A stretch of 64,000 nt of DNA from Malacoraja senta. Its lineage: Eukaryota. Under the pieces are notes generated by a model. It was not told the DNA's origin. It saw nothing but the letters and a program-made list of their open reading frames with translations, and made no database searches. Location of the stretch: positions 10,480,001 through 10,544,000 of the forward strand of contig CM075992.1 of the NCBI GenBank assembly GCA_038087875.1, given 5' to 3'. Shown one piece after another: positions 62,461 to 64,000 of the stretch (positions within the stretch are counted from its first letter, which is position 1; every line of letters starts with the position of its first letter). The translations under genes were made by a program, and so were the position numbers.

Positions 62461-64000
62461 AAGTGACGCCGTCTTGTGTTTTTTTTAATACCTCTCAAAT
62501 GTGCTTCCAAATGCTCCCCTCTCGACATAAATACTTACCCTCTTATTCCTGGCCCCGCTGCCTTGAGAATTAGTAATTATCTTAGCAACCTCTCAAAAGA
62601 AAACGTCAGAAAGCTTTCTGAAACATATTATCTTCCACTACCGCAATCTGCGTCGTTCCATGAAGTCAATTCTAGGGCATTTCCCTCATCAAACTTCCTT
62701 GGTACTTCTTCGCAAAACTTAATCAAATGAGAGACGATCTTCCATGCACAAAGACGTGTTTTCTATCCCTTTTGAGGCTCCTTCTGTAATATGTTGCTGG
62801 AAGAAGGAAAAGTGGACGATATATTGTCAATCAAATCAAGAGTTACATTCCTCGACACAAACTACATTAGTTCTGCATAGCCACGGAGTCAAGGAATCTG
62901 TCAAGGACTCTACCACTTTCTCATCCATGTAACATACATCACCATTCACTCGAACCCCATATCGAGTTAGATAATAACCATAACCATATAACCATTACAG
63001 CACGGAAACAGGTCATCTCGGCTTTTTTTTTAATTTAAAAAAAATGTAATTACTTCCCCCTAGTCCCATCTACCTGCACTCAGACCATAACCCTCCATTC
63101 CTTTCCCGTCCATATACCCATCCAATCTATTTTAAAGGATAAAATCGAACCTGCCTCTAATGAGCCCTGAAAACATATATGAAGAGAAATAAGACAACAT
63201 AAGGCAAAACAAGGGTGACCTCTGTGATAGTGACCTAAATTGAAGATTGGAAACAAGCATAAAAAAAAATAGTTGTGTGTTTAAATTGTAAACGCTTCGG
63301 CTTTGAGTACCTTTCTGTCTTGTCAAATGTAAAAGGTAAGCCCAAATGCTGGTCGTTCCTGTCTCCAAGAATGCAAACATCTAAAAGTATAATAGAGTCA
63401 CGCTATCGTACGGCATGGAAATATTTCGTCAACCGTAACTAGCCCAATTCGACCAAGGTGCTGCATCGAATCGGGACCCATTTGCTGCCGATGGGCCATA
63501 TATCGCTAAGCCTTTGTCTCCGTGTTTCTGTCCAATTATCTACCAGCATTTGTTGAGATTTTCTTCCAGGCGAACACCTCTGAATACGCCAATTGCACAA
63601 TGACGGGCACAACACATTCTGTCGGCACTGCAAGGACAGGGAGCTGGTAGATCTTGTGGCGTGATTTTCTGAGCATGCTGCCCATTTTGTCTGAAAAAAT
63701 TGGTTCATCACCGAACTCATTAAAAATCACAAAGACCTCGCATGGTTAACGGTCAAAGGGACCGTGGAAACGAACCGCTGTTAGTTCCCCATGTCGCCTG
63801 GCGGCATTCTGGACCAAGCAATTAGCTGGCAACGATGTATTCTGCATCCCCATTCAGGTGACATTGAATAGAACAGAGTCAATAGTTACTTAATAATCAT
63901 CCGGGATTCGAATATTGAAATCTATGTGATAGGAGCAGAATTCGGCCATTCAGCCAATCAACCCTCCTTCGGTTCAGTTTAGTTCAGTTTAGTATATTGC

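Overview
Gene-poor, repeat-saturated vertebrate DNA. The repeat repertoire (CR1/HER1-type LINE tails, V-SINEs, Penelope fragments, Helitrons) suggests a cartilaginous fish, probably a skate; this is inference. I found no convincing host protein-coding gene, and there is a 200-N gap at 31936-32135. The first 14 kb is a nest. A decayed class-I-like endogenous retrovirus pol (minus strand) was invaded by a DIRS1-like tyrosine-recombinase element (7396-12466, which itself carries a Penelope fragment with a hammerhead core) and by a young Ty3/gypsy LTR element (2938-6945, TSD GTAAA). An upstream ~2.2-kb tandem duplicate preserves the empty gypsy site. The most unusual feature is inside the gypsy pol: an inverted, nearly complete LTR joined to exactly the 18 3'-terminal nucleotides of tRNA-Leu including CCA, although the element's own PBS matches only 8 nt. 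This looks like a fossilised strong-stop reverse-transcription intermediate. The rest of the window holds Helitron-type elements carrying satellites (including a 6.8-kb 40-bp satellite with a ~2.5-kb higher-order period), L1/Tx1, Rex-Babar, CR1 and Penelope relics, a second decayed gypsy, a ~4.9-kb tandem duplication, and a dead IR/DR Tc1 inserted into a CCAAT-bearing minisatellite. I see no intact novel protein system. All calls come from reading the sequence by eye, without database searches.
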